From Glutamicibacter sp. (GTDB taxonomy: Bacteria > Actinomycetota > Actinomycetes > Actinomycetales > Micrococcaceae): a stretch of DNA of 64,000 nt. Positions 33,209 through 42,379 of the stretch are shown piece by piece. The notes beneath the pieces were generated by a model. The model was not told where the DNA came from. It was given only the letters and a program-made list of their open reading frames with translations, and ran no database searches. Position 1 is the first letter of the stretch. Every line of letters begins with the position of its first letter. A program made the position numbers and the translations under genes. The stretch spans positions 53,763 through 117,762 of the forward strand of contig NZ_DATEXC010000058.1 in NCBI RefSeq assembly GCF_035257265.1, written 5' to 3'.

Positions 33209-33502
33209 TTACTGTTCTGGCTGATTAGTAAACAGGAGGATCGAGCCTTGGCCCAATACGAGGTCAAGGACCGTAACGATCAGCATGACGATGCAAACGA
33301 AACCGATTACGACGAGCGTGTAATTGATTAGCTCGCTCCGCGTTGGGGTCACGACTTTTTTTAGTTCCGCGATTACCTGGCGCAGGAAAAGGAAGATGCG
33401 TCCGAAGAAGCCCTTCTTTGCCTTGTCACCGTTTCCGGGATTAACGGCAGCTGATTCGCTCAACTTGATCCTCGTTTCAAATTTTTTGGCCAGTTGAAAC
33501 AA
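33209..33502 (-). CDS. secE: Preprotein translocase subunit SecE
   Basis: Single C-terminal TM preceded by IAELKKVVTPTRSEL, in the position tRNA-Trp/secE/nusG. The start codon is uncertain. Confidence 0.85.
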   Translation of the reverse strand: MFQLAKKFETRIKLSESAAVNPGNGDKAKKGFFGRIFLFLRQVIAELKKVVTPTRSELINYTLVVIGFVCIVMLIVTVLDLVLGQGSILLFTNQPEQ

Positions 33503-33579
33503 TCACGGTGTGTCGCAGCCGGATCGACCACAACACACCGTGATTTGAGATTCGCTGTGCGATTATTATCGCAACTGCG

Positions 33580-33652
33580 CAGGGCAGACAGGACTCGAAC
33601 CTGCAACCTGCGGTTTTGGAGACCGCTGCGCTACCAATTGCGCCACTACCCT
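33580..33652 (-). tRNA. trpT: tRNA-Trp (anticodon CCA)
   Basis: Hand-folded cloverleaf: AGGGTAG acceptor, anticodon loop CTCCAAA, T-arm GCAGG-TTCGAGT-CCTGT. No encoded CCA. Confidence 0.9.
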
Positions 33653-33914
33653 TTGAGCTACTGCTCTTCACTACACACATCTTAGCCGATAGGTGTTTGA
33701 CCATGTCGTTGTCGATGTCTGAGCAACGAGAAATAACTTTACGCAACGAAATAGCAAATGTCGAACTGACTGCCCACTGTGTGTCGCACACCGCATTCGG
33801 CACCACTGATCATAAACAGTTCGTGTCATTTACCGACTTCGCCGGGCATAGCTAATTGCAGGCTACTAGGATTGAAGAAAACAGCAGCTCACGTACCGTC
33901 AGGATGCATTTTCT

Positions 33915-35114
33915 ATGTCTAGAATTTCTCGCCGCATCGGCGCCATCTCCGAGTCCGCCACCCTCGCAGTTGATGCCAAGGCGAAAGCACTCAAAGCCGC
34001 CGGGCGTCCAGTGATTGGATTCGGCGCCGGTGAGCCGGACTTCCCCACCCCGGACTACATTGTCCAGGCAGCAGTCGAGGCAGCCAAGGATCCAAAGAAT
34101 CATCGGTACTCCCCCGCTGCAGGTCTGCCAGAGCTTCGCGAAGCCATTGCTGAGAAGACCTTGCGTCATTCCGGGTACGAGCTCAGTGGATCTCAGGTAC
34201 TGGTGACTAACGGCGGCAAACAAGCGGTCTACAACACCTTCGCAGCCCTGCTTGATCCAGGCGATGAAGTCATCATCCCGGCACCGTACTGGACCACCTA
34301 CCCGGAGTCCGTCCAGCTTGCCGGTGGCGTGCCAGTATCGATCTTTGCCGGACCCGAGCAAGGCTACAAGGTCACCATTGAGCAATTAGAGTCGGTGCTC
34401 ACCGAACGCACAAAGATTTTGCTGTTCGTCTCACCGTCTAACCCGACCGGCGCGGTGTACACCGCGCAGCAGATCACCGAAATTGGCCGCTGGGCTGCCT
34501 CTAAGGGTCTGTGGGTAGTCACCGATGAAATCTATGAACACCTCACCTATGGGGACGCTACCTTCAACTCGATCGCCACGCTGGTCCCTGAACTCGAAGA
34601 TCGCGTGGTCATCCTCAACGGTGTCGCGAAAACCTACGCCATGACCGGTTGGCGCGTGGGCTGGATGGCCGGACCACTTGATGTCATTAAGGCGGCCACT
34701 AACCTGCAGTCCCATGCGACCTCCAACGTGGCCAACGTATCCCAACGTGCGGCTTTGGCCGCCGTTGCCGGTCCGCTGGATGCGGTTCAAGAGATGAAGG
34801 TGGCCTTCAACCGTCGCCGTTTGGCTATTGTCCAGGGGCTTAACGCTATCGAGGGACTGCACTGCCCAATGCCAGATGGTGCTTTTTACGCCTACTCGGA
34901 TGTGCGTGGACTCTTAGGCCGCAAAATCCGTGGAGTTGTGAACAACACGAGCGCCGAACTCGCCGCGTTCATTCTTGAGCAGGCCGAAGTCGCAGTCGTT
35001 CCCGGCGAAGCCTTTGGCCCGTCCGGATACATTCGCATGTCCTACGCGCTAGGCGATGCGGACCTCGCAGAGGGTGTCTCACGCATGGCTAAATTGCTGG
35101 GCGACACCGAATAA
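33915..35114 (+). CDS. PLP-dependent aminotransferase, class I (aspartate aminotransferase-like)
   Basis: 399 aa ([14 protein letters not shown] ... [16 protein letters not shown], with the PLP-Lys context). Confidence 0.9.
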   Translation: MSRISRRIGAISESATLAVDAKAKALKAAGRPVIGFGAGEPDFPTPDYIVQAAVEAAKDPKNHRYSPAAGLPELREAIAEKTLRHSGYELSGSQVLVTNGGKQAVYNTFAALLDPGDEVIIPAPYWTTYPESVQLAGGVPVSIFAGPEQGYKVTIEQLESVLTERTKILLFVSPSNPTGAVYTAQQITEIGRWAASKGLWVVTDEIYEHLTYGDATFNSIATLVPELEDRVVILNGVAKTYAMTGWRVGWMAGPLDVIKAATNLQSHATSNVANVSQRAALAAVAGPLDAVQEMKVAFNRRRLAIVQGLNAIEGLHCPMPDGAFYAYSDVRGLLGRKIRGVVNNTSAELAAFILEQAEVAVVPGEAFGPSGYIRMSYALGDADLAEGVSRMAKLLGDTE

Positions 35115-35125
35115 ACCTTCACCTA

Positions 35126-35170
35126 AAACACGTGTGGCTCGATCCTTGAGGATCGAGCCACCCGTGTTTT
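35126..35170. terminator. Bidirectional terminator between the convergent aminotransferase and response-regulator genes
   Basis: 21-bp stem AAAACACGTGTGGCTCGATCC / GGATCGAGCCACCCGTGTTTT with one mismatch; A/T runs lie on both sides. Confidence 0.85.
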
Positions 35171-35179
35171 AACGCCCCT

Positions 35180-35857
35180 TTAGAGGATTTTTCGGTCTAC
35201 TGCCCAACGGGTAAGCTCATGGCGATTTGAAAGCTGTAGTTTGCGCAGGACATTAGAGACATGCGATTCAACAGTTTTCACTGAGATAAATAGTTCCTTG
35301 GCTACTTCCTTGTAGCTGTAGCCGCGCGCAATCAGGCGCATCACCTGCAGCTCACGGTCCGAAAGCAAATCAAGTTCTTCATCGATGCCCGTCACCGCGG
35401 CCACGCTGGAACTTCCGAAGGCGTCCAGCACAAACCCTGCAAGCCGCGGTGAGAAGACCGCATCCCCACCGGCCACCCGGCGGACCGCGTCAGAGATCTC
35501 GGTCCCGGAAATGCTCTTGGTGACATATCCGCGCGCTCCTGCACGAATTACGGTGACAACGTCCTGTGCGGAGTCTGAAACGCTGAGTGCCAAAAACTTG
35601 GTATTGCCCAAAAGATGCGCGCAGCCGGCAAGTACTTCGGCACCTCCGCCACCACGTCCACCTGGCAAATGCACGTCGAGCAGCACCACATTAGGGCGTT
35701 CTCGATCAATGACCTCGATGGCGCTCTCTACGCTGTCTGCCTCGCCAACGATCACTAGATCTTCGCTGAGATCCGCGCGTAGGCCGGAACGGAAAATTCC
35801 GTGGTCATCAACTAGGACAACGCGGATGTTCTGGTCTTTGCTCAGTTCGCTACTCAT
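35180..35857 (-). CDS. NarL/LuxR-family response regulator
   Basis: 225 aa. Receiver domain (VVLVDDH ... VVLLDVHLPG) plus a LuxR HTH (LSDRELQVMRLIARGYSYKEVAKELFISVKTVESH). It overlaps the kinase gene by 8 nt. Confidence 0.92.
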   Translation of the reverse strand: MSSELSKDQNIRVVLVDDHGIFRSGLRADLSEDLVIVGEADSVESAIEVIDRERPNVVLLDVHLPGGRGGGGAEVLAGCAHLLGNTKFLALSVSDSAQDVVTVIRAGARGYVTKSISGTEISDAVRRVAGGDAVFSPRLAGFVLDAFGSSSVAAVTGIDEELDLLSDRELQVMRLIARGYSYKEVAKELFISVKTVESHVSNVLRKLQLSNRHELTRWAVDRKIL

Positions 35858-37121
35858 TGTTTTGTTCTTCCTGCTCGCTGCTTCGCGGCATGCTCAAGGC
35901 TACTTCGGTGCCGGTTTTTCTACTGCGAATGATGGCTTTGCCACCGGCACGATCCATACGGCCAATAATCGATTCGCGCACCCCATGCCGGTCCTCATCA
36001 ATTGCTTTGACATCAAAGCCGCTGCCTCGGTCCCTGATAAAGATTTCTACCAGTTCCTTTTTGCATTCCAGATATACGGAAATCGTTCCTTCTGCATGTT
36101 TAGCCGCGTTCATCATTGCCTCGCGGCTTGCTGCGACTAAAGCTTGCTGTCCGTCGAATCCCTTGGCGTGACCCACAGCAACCACGTCAACATCACGGAA
36201 CATCAGTTTTTCGATATTATCTGCTTCGGACTTCAACTCCACGACTACGTCTTCTTCATCGAGATCTTCGGTCTCATAGAGCCATGCTCGCAGTTCACGT
36301 TCTTGCACTCTGGCTAGGGTACGCACAGCCGCCGGATCATCGCTGCGCTTTTGGATTACAGCCAGCGTTTGCAGGACTGAATCATGCAGATGCGCGGCAA
36401 AGTCAGCGCGTTGCGCGGCGGCTTGGCGAGAACTCCGCTCGGCGAGGTAGTCACGCCACAAGCGGGCACCCCACGGAAGCAGCACCACCACCGCGCCGGC
36501 AATAATTGCTAACGCCGCCCACATGCCGCCGATAAGGTCCGAGGTGCTTACGGTACCGCTCAAAATTGCCAGTAGCCCACCGATGGCAAGAATCAGGCCA
36601 AGAATCAACCGCCCGAGCACCATTGCCCTGGATTTACTGTCCCCCGATAAACGCTGCCCATCGATCTGCAGCCAAGCCAAAAGCACACCAGCCACAATGC
36701 CCATGGCCGGCCAAATCAGGTCCCAGCGGATATTCAGTCCCAGCCATTGGGCTAAGGCCAATACGGCAATAAGTAACAAGCCCGTACCAATGAGCGTCTC
36801 CCGCCAGGAGGCGAGCTTCGCTGTCATTTCCTGAGGGCTTGGGATCCCTTGCTGAACTCGTCCCATTTCCTCGGCGAGCGTTCGCCTGCTTGTCCCCCAC
36901 GAACGCAGTTGGCCGGCTTTGGATTCTTCGGCACTCGGGGTAAAAACCCACAACCAGGCATAGAGCAGCACCCCTACCCCGCCTAACGCGGTCAGGGCGA
37001 CAAATCCGAAACGAACATAGCTCACCGGGAATCCAAGGTGCGTTGCTAGCCCGTCGCATACCCCCGCGATGAGCCCTGAATCGCTGCGAACAATCGAAGT
37101 GCGCTGCTCAGAACTTTCCAT
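35850..37121 (-). CDS. PspC-domain-containing sensor histidine kinase (LiaS-like, HisKA_3 type)
   Basis: 423 aa. N-terminal PspC domain (GLIAGVCDGLATHLGFPVSYVRFGFV...), TM segments, an H-box AAHLHDSVLQTL and a C-terminal HATPase region. Confidence 0.88.
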   Translation of the reverse strand: MESSEQRTSIVRSDSGLIAGVCDGLATHLGFPVSYVRFGFVALTALGGVGVLLYAWLWVFTPSAEESKAGQLRSWGTSRRTLAEEMGRVQQGIPSPQEMTAKLASWRETLIGTGLLLIAVLALAQWLGLNIRWDLIWPAMGIVAGVLLAWLQIDGQRLSGDSKSRAMVLGRLILGLILAIGGLLAILSGTVSTSDLIGGMWAALAIIAGAVVVLLPWGARLWRDYLAERSSRQAAAQRADFAAHLHDSVLQTLAVIQKRSDDPAAVRTLARVQERELRAWLYETEDLDEEDVVVELKSEADNIEKLMFRDVDVVAVGHAKGFDGQQALVAASREAMMNAAKHAEGTISVYLECKKELVEIFIRDRGSGFDVKAIDEDRHGVRESIIGRMDRAGGKAIIRSRKTGTEVALSMPRSSEQEEQNNE

Positions 37122-37246
37122 AGTGATAAGTCAAGCATGATCCAGGAAGGAAAACCGGACTTGGAGTACAAGTGGGGGTCCACTCAGGGGAAGAATCAGG
37201 GTAGGCCCTCATAGCGTCAATACGCTTGGCGCGAGAAGATTGAAAT

Positions 37247-38593
37247 ATGAACAACGAACACCCTTCACGCAGCAATATCTTTGAGCGACTGCGCGGCGCC
37301 GGCATTAATCGCCAAGACTCGCAGTGGCTCGGCGGTGTCGCAGCCGGTATCGCCACTCGACTCAACGTTGATGTGGTGTTGGTGCGTGGCGTTTTTGTTG
37401 CACTGAGTTTGTTGGCTGGTTTCGGGCTCATTATTTACGCGATTGCTTGGGCCCTGCTGGCTGATACCAGCGGAAAAATCCATTTGGAACAGGCTATCGT
37501 CAACAAAGAATGGGCTGCCGCATTAACCGGTGCTTCTATTTTTCTTGGTGTTGGCATCTTCGTAGCCCCGTGGCTTTTGAGTACTGTGGCACCAGTTCTC
37601 TGGCCGGTACTGGTGATTGCCGGTATTGCATTTGTGATCTTTAGCCGCAGAAACAGTAAGTTCGCGGGGTCTGAAGCTCCGCATTCGGAGGATCACAAAC
37701 CCAAAGCTCCAGCGCCGGCGACCACGTCGGCGGCCCATCCGGGCACTGGGTCGACCATCGAAGTTCCGTGGCGAGATTCCGGGGAGCAATCTTTTAGCAT
37801 CGGCGCTACCGTGCCGACCGCCAGAGTCGCGGCGACCGCTTCCTTCGCCAACACACATCAGCAGCAACCGAAGTCTGAGGAGAAGCCAGTGGAACCCGAC
37901 ACCTACGGCGCCGGCCAAGAGCCGCGCTATACGCCGCCACGTCAGGATCCAGCCTTCGGCAAGTCGGCAAAGAAGCTACGTAACGCTCCTCCGATCCCTG
38001 GCTGGGTCTCCACGGTGATCCTGGGCGTAACGGTGCTTGCCGTCGCGCTGATTCTCAGCCTCGATTACCTCAAGGTGGTGGATCTGCCAGGAAACGGCTG
38101 GTCCGTAGCCTTAGCATCCGGTTTGTTCCTTGTGGGCCTGTCTATGGTCTTTGCGGCACTTTCAAATCGCACCAGTGGAGGGCTCTTAGGTTTAGCCATC
38201 CCCTTGCTCGTACTCACGGTCGTCTTTTCCGGGTCAGACTTCCGTCCCGGCAATAATGGAATTTATCAGTCAGCCGATAAAGACAGCGAGTACAGTGCGG
38301 TCTTCAGCAGTTCCACGGTAGATTTACGCGGCCTGAACAACATCACCGCCCCAAAAACCGTTGAAATTGATTCGGTTTTTTCCAAGCTTGATATTGCCTT
38401 ACCAGCGAACGTTCCGGTCCAAATCGAAACCAACGGGCTTTTCCTATCCGATGACGGTGCTCAGTTACCCCAGGACAACAGGAATTTCCCTGAGGGTGCT
38501 CCGGTACTCACGGTCAAGATTGATGGGGTCTTCTCCAGCTTTGACACCAGCATTTCAACACCGGACCTCACCGGAACCACGACAGATTTCTAA
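37247..38593 (+). CDS. PspC-domain membrane protein with a LiaF-like C-terminal region
   Basis: 448 aa. N-terminal PspC domain (WLGGVAAGIATRLNVDVVLVRGVFV...), several TMs and a Pro-rich linker. The C-terminal beta-rich segment resembles LiaF/DUF2154 (my recollection). Confidence 0.8.
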   Translation: MNNEHPSRSNIFERLRGAGINRQDSQWLGGVAAGIATRLNVDVVLVRGVFVALSLLAGFGLIIYAIAWALLADTSGKIHLEQAIVNKEWAAALTGASIFLGVGIFVAPWLLSTVAPVLWPVLVIAGIAFVIFSRRNSKFAGSEAPHSEDHKPKAPAPATTSAAHPGTGSTIEVPWRDSGEQSFSIGATVPTARVAATASFANTHQQQPKSEEKPVEPDTYGAGQEPRYTPPRQDPAFGKSAKKLRNAPPIPGWVSTVILGVTVLAVALILSLDYLKVVDLPGNGWSVALASGLFLVGLSMVFAALSNRTSGGLLGLAIPLLVLTVVFSGSDFRPGNNGIYQSADKDSEYSAVFSSSTVDLRGLNNITAPKTVEIDSVFSKLDIALPANVPVQIETNGLFLSDDGAQLPQDNRNFPEGAPVLTVKIDGVFSSFDTSISTPDLTGTTTDF

Positions 38594-38605
38594 GGAGCAG
38601 ACACC

Positions 38606-38848
38606 ATGAACACCTCGACACAGAGCGAATCAAAGTTCCCTGCCGGCACGCTGGTTTTCGGTCTGATCCTGATCGTCGTTGCGCTTGCCTCGCTGAGTCA
38701 GACGGTCTTTGACTGGCAGTTCGACACTCCCTTGTTCTTCATCAGCCTCGTAGCACTGGCCGGTGTAGCAATGATTTTTTCGGGAATTGCGTCGGCACGC
38801 AAAGCTAAGATCAAGAACAACGACAACTTTTCCAGCAACAACAAATAA
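38606..38848 (+). CDS. Small two-TM membrane protein
   Basis: 80 aa with an AAGGAG Shine-Dalgarno sequence 8 nt upstream. It sits between two PspC-domain genes. Confidence 0.7.
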   Translation: MNTSTQSESKFPAGTLVFGLILIVVALASLSQTVFDWQFDTPLFFISLVALAGVAMIFSGIASARKAKIKNNDNFSSNNK

Positions 38849-38862
38849 CTTCAGGAGAAATC

Positions 38863-39105
38863 ATGGATACCTTCTTTAACCAGATCCGTTCAATGCCACT
38901 ACGCCGTGGTCCAGCCCGTATGGTCGCCGGAATCGCTGGCGGCATTTCCGAAAAATTCGGTTGGGACGTCACCTTGGTCCGCATCGGCATGTTGCTTTCC
39001 TTCCTCCTGCCGGTCATTGGTATCGGCGCCTACATTGTGGCGTGGCTGCTCATCCCAGCCCAGGACGACACGATTGTATTGCAGAAGATGCTCCGCAAGT
39101 TTTAA
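38863..39105 (+). CDS. Small PspC-domain protein
   Basis: 80 aa (MVAGIAGGISEKFGWDVTLVRIGMLLSFLLP...), with an AGGAG Shine-Dalgarno sequence. Confidence 0.85.
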   Translation: MDTFFNQIRSMPLRRGPARMVAGIAGGISEKFGWDVTLVRIGMLLSFLLPVIGIGAYIVAWLLIPAQDDTIVLQKMLRKF

Positions 39106-39120
39106 TCATCGTTTCCCCTC

Positions 39121-39171
39121 AGAGCGGGTTGCTTTCCACTAGTAATGGAGGCAACTCGCTCTTGTGGTTTT
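39121..39171 (+). terminator. Terminator after the PspC gene set
   Basis: 12-bp arms AGAGCGGGTTGC / GCAACTCGCTCT with one mismatch, followed by TGTGGTTTT. Confidence 0.55.
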
Positions 39172-39326
39172 AAACACGTAGAATCGAACACAACTCGATG
39201 CTCAATGGCGCGCGGAATCGAAAGACGTCCGAAGGGTTTTCCGCGGATATCCGGCGCCTAATGCACATAACTTTTCTTAGGTTCACCGTATATCCGAGGT
39301 CTTCCCTGCTTACTAAGTGAGGGTTA

Positions 39327-40355
39327 ATGCGCATTGGAATCATGACCTCGGGTGGCGACTGCCCCGGTCTTAATGCAGTGATTCGTGGAGCCGTACTCAA
39401 CGGCATCAAAAGTTACGACTATGAATTTGTTGGCTTCCGCGATGGCTGGCGCGGAGTCAAAGACGCAGACTACTTCGAGCTGCCACGCACCGCCGTACGC
39501 GGTATCGCCAAACAGGGCGGAACCATTTTGGGCACCTCGCGCACCAACGCTTTTGAAGGTGAAAATGGCGGGGCTGAAAATATCGCGGCGATGCTCAGAG
39601 AACACCAGATCGATGCGTTGATAGCCATCGGCGGCGAAGGAACCCTAGCCGGCGCACAGCGCCTCTGCGAGGCCGGTTTGCCGGTGGTGGGTGTGCCCAA
39701 AACTATTGACAATGATCTTGACGCCACCGACTACACCTTCGGTTTTGACACCGCCAACCAGATTGCAGTTGAAGCAATCGACAGGTTGCGCACCACCGGC
39801 GATTCACATCACCGCTGCATGATCGCCGAAGTGATGGGCCGGCACGTGGGTTGGATTGCCCTGCATGCGGGTATGGCCTCCGGCGCTCACGCGATCCTGA
39901 TCCCGGAGGTTTCCACCACCATGGAGGAAATCTACCAGTGGGTCCGCGAAGCACATGAGCGTGGACGCGCCCCACTAGTTGTTGTCTCCGAGGGCTTTGT
40001 TCCCGAAGGTTTTGATGAAGCGTTCTCCGTGCGCGGGGTCGATAGTTTCGGCCGGGCACGGCTGGGAGGCATCGGTGAAATGCTCGCCCCACTTATCGAA
40101 GAGCAGACCGGATTGGAAACTCGCGCGACGGTACTAGGACATATCCAGCGCGGTGGCGTCCCCACCGCCTTCGACCGGGTGTTAGCCACACGTCTGGGTA
40201 TGGCAGCTGTAGATTCGGTGGCGGACAGCGCATGGGGCACCATGGTGGCTATTCATGGCACCAAAGTAAACCGGGTGCCGCTGCGAGCAGCCTTGAATAA
40301 TCTCAAACGTGTACCGGCCGACCGCTATGAAGAAGCACGAGTACTCTTTGGCTAA
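39327..40355 (+). CDS. pfkA: 6-phosphofructokinase (ATP- or PPi-dependent not resolved)
   Basis: 342 aa (MRIGIMTSGGDCPGLNAVIRG ... GVPKTIDNDL ... MGRHVGWIA). Confidence 0.93.
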   Translation: MRIGIMTSGGDCPGLNAVIRGAVLNGIKSYDYEFVGFRDGWRGVKDADYFELPRTAVRGIAKQGGTILGTSRTNAFEGENGGAENIAAMLREHQIDALIAIGGEGTLAGAQRLCEAGLPVVGVPKTIDNDLDATDYTFGFDTANQIAVEAIDRLRTTGDSHHRCMIAEVMGRHVGWIALHAGMASGAHAILIPEVSTTMEEIYQWVREAHERGRAPLVVVSEGFVPEGFDEAFSVRGVDSFGRARLGGIGEMLAPLIEEQTGLETRATVLGHIQRGGVPTAFDRVLATRLGMAAVDSVADSAWGTMVAIHGTKVNRVPLRAALNNLKRVPADRYEEARVLFG

Positions 40356-40367
40356 AACAGATTAACG

Positions 40368-40406
40368 AAATGGTCGTGCCCTTGTCTAAGGACACGACCA
40401 TTTTTT
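40368..40406 (+). terminator. Rho-independent terminator after pfkA
   Basis: 11-bp stem AAATGGTCGTG / CACGACCATTT followed by TTTTTT. Confidence 0.8.
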
Positions 40407-40420
40407 GATGCGTGGTGCTT

Positions 40421-41506
40421 TTACTTGCCCGGTGGGGTGCGCAAGAACCCGGTGAACCGGCCAGCGGTTTGTCCGGCGTCCGGGGCCACAATAACTTCCT
40501 GGGAGGCAGGGTAAGCACTTTCGCCATCGACCACGGTCAGTACGGCTTCGGGATCAACGTTGCGCTTGATGACACCCAAGGCAATCGGACCGGCTTCGAA
40601 GTGCAGGCTCGTCGAGGTCAGCTTGCCCACGGTGCGTTCGCCTAGCTTAATCTCCGAGCCCTCGGCTGGCAGAGTATGCATCGATCCGTCTAGGTGCAAG
40701 AAGACCAGTCGTCGTGGCGGATGTCCAATATTGTGCACCCGGGCAACGGTTTCTTGACCCTTGTAGCAACCCTTGTCCAGGTGAACCGCGGTACGTAACC
40801 AATCCAGCTCGTGCGGAATGGTTTTGTCATCATTTTCAAAGCCGAAGCGTGGTTCCCACGCTGCGATACGAAGAGATTCCACGGCCATGGTTCCGGCGAG
40901 CTGTTCGTCGCCAACGGCCTGGGCTAGTCGGTCAAGCTCCACAATATGCAAAAACCAAGGACGTTCCAGACCGGGGTGGTCCTCACGCGAGTAAGCCCAG
41001 CCGCCGGCGCTGATCTGTGGCCAAGGGTTACGCCAAACCAAGTCATTGCATGTGGGAATCTCACGCACTGCACCGAGTACACCGTGGGTGCCGGAGAGAT
41101 TCGTAATCTCTACACGCAACATGAACCGCATTGAATTAAGGAATTCACGCAGTGGCTCGGCACGGCCAAGCTCGGTAATGAGCAGTACTCGATCGGTGTC
41201 AATGAGCACCTTCATCTCATGCTCAATACGGCCCTGCACCGAGAGCAGCAGCGCTTGGCTGGATTCTCCGGGTTTCAGATTGGTGATCGATTGGCTGCTC
41301 AGCGTGTTCAACCAGCTTTGGCGGTCTTCACCGCGCAGCTCCAACACATCGAGGTGACTGAGATCAGCAATAGACTTGCCCGCAAAAAGGTCACGGGCTT
41401 CGCGGGTCGGAGCACCGTAGTGGGATGCCACCCCGGCGTCTGCACCGGTTCCGGCAATCGCTGACTGCCGGTCCAGGAGTACCGACCGGTAGGAATTTTC
41501 GCTCAT
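40421..41506 (-). CDS. ygfZ: Folate-binding protein YgfZ (aminomethyltransferase-fold)
   Basis: The ORF track extends to 41596. I prefer the ATG at 41506 (MSENSYRS...), 2 nt after the upstream gene's stop. The KGCYKGQE motif is present. Confidence 0.85.
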   Translation of the reverse strand: MSENSYRSVLLDRQSAIAGTGADAGVASHYGAPTREARDLFAGKSIADLSHLDVLELRGEDRQSWLNTLSSQSITNLKPGESSQALLLSVQGRIEHEMKVLIDTDRVLLITELGRAEPLREFLNSMRFMLRVEITNLSGTHGVLGAVREIPTCNDLVWRNPWPQISAGGWAYSREDHPGLERPWFLHIVELDRLAQAVGDEQLAGTMAVESLRIAAWEPRFGFENDDKTIPHELDWLRTAVHLDKGCYKGQETVARVHNIGHPPRRLVFLHLDGSMHTLPAEGSEIKLGERTVGKLTSTSLHFEAGPIALGVIKRNVDPEAVLTVVDGESAYPASQEVIVAPDAGQTAGRFTGFLRTPPGK

Positions 41507-41508
41507 CT

Positions 41509-42123
41509 TTAGGATTCCATCGCTTCTGCAGTGACGCGCTTGAGGGCGGCCGAGGCATGTGCCTTGAGCTCGTTGTTTCCTAAGGAAACATCCCACCGCC
41601 AGAACAGATCTCCGTTAACGAGTCCATACATTCGGGTGGACGAGGCATACTGTTTAGCATTTTTGCTGCGCAGCAGCGCTTCGGTAGCCAGCTGTATACG
41701 CGGGCCGTCAATGAGCCCGTAATAAAGTTCGGAGATTCCGCCAGGCTGCACAATATGCGCTTGGATCTTAAATCCCTCTTTGGTGTGCAATTTCTGCACA
41801 TCATCTGCCGAGCGTAGCGCCGGGAAGATATCTCCGGGTGTCATCCCTGGTCCGGAATCGGCATCTTGCTGTTGGCGTTCTAACGCCCAAAAGCCGCTTT
41901 CAACGGACAGGATGCGCAGCTTGGTGCCATCGGCATCGGTTAGCCACGCTTCGCTGCGGTATTCCAAATATGGTGCGCCGACGTCACGGAAGGTGACATG
42001 CTGCCAGAAGTGCGGATCCGACTCTTCCCCTTCACCGAGGCGCCCGGTCCCTGCCCAGCTGCCAATAAGCCAAGCGAAAGGGACGAGTTCCGGCGTGAGA
42101 TCCGTGGGAATATCAAAAGCCAT
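41509..42123 (-). CDS. FABP/nitrobindin-like heme-binding beta-barrel protein
   Basis: 204 aa (LVPFAWLIGSWAGTGRLG...), resembling the M. tuberculosis Rv2717c family (my recollection). Confidence 0.8.
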   Translation of the reverse strand: MAFDIPTDLTPELVPFAWLIGSWAGTGRLGEGEESDPHFWQHVTFRDVGAPYLEYRSEAWLTDADGTKLRILSVESGFWALERQQQDADSGPGMTPGDIFPALRSADDVQKLHTKEGFKIQAHIVQPGGISELYYGLIDGPRIQLATEALLRSKNAKQYASSTRMYGLVNGDLFWRWDVSLGNNELKAHASAALKRVTAEAMES

Positions 42124-42152
42124 TAAACTAGCTGCTCCTTAAAGCCTTGTTA

Positions 42153-42188
42153 AATGAAAATAGCGCACACATTATTGTGTGCGCTATT
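42153..42188 (-). terminator. Terminator directly after a 39-codon ORF
   Basis: 12-bp perfect stem AATAGCGCACAC / GTGTGCGCTATT with an ATTATT loop; TTTTCATTT follows on the minus strand. Confidence 0.7.
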
Positions 42189-42189
42189 T

Positions 42190-42309
42190 CTACTTCTGCC
42201 CCTTGAAAAGACGCTTTACAACAAGTCCAGCGAATCCGGCCATGCCCAGACCTGCAACGGTCAGCAAGGCGAGGAAGAAAATTTCGAGTGCAAGGTAATT
42301 TTCATTCAT
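42190..42309 (-). CDS. Possible 39-aa single-TM micro-protein (below the ORF-track cut-off)
   Basis: My own translation: MNENYLALEIFFLALLTVAGLGMAGFAGLVVKRLFKGQK. It has a hydrophobic core and a basic C-terminus, and the stop abuts a strong terminator. The Shine-Dalgarno sequence is weak. Confidence 0.45.
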   Translation of the reverse strand: MNENYLALEIFFLALLTVAGLGMAGFAGLVVKRLFKGQK

Positions 42310-42379
42310 GCCTACATCTTAGCCCGAGCGCCTTGCCATTTCCGACACTCGTGACGAAGCAGGCATCACATTTCTTCAA

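Noticed and set aside
33477-33855. ORFs 33477..33806 (-), 33494..33685 (+) and 33616..33855 (+)
   Set aside because: They run across the tRNA-Trp gene (33580..33652) and its flanks, which is a typical artefact.
33852-34385. 177-aa ORF antisense to the 5' part of the aminotransferase gene
   Set aside because: It overlaps a well-supported PLP aminotransferase gene and has no motifs.
42154-42354. Listed 66-aa plus-strand ORF
   Set aside because: It reads through a 12-bp terminator hairpin, has no Shine-Dalgarno sequence, and is Cys/His-rich. The opposite strand offers a more plausible 39-aa TM ORF followed by that terminator.
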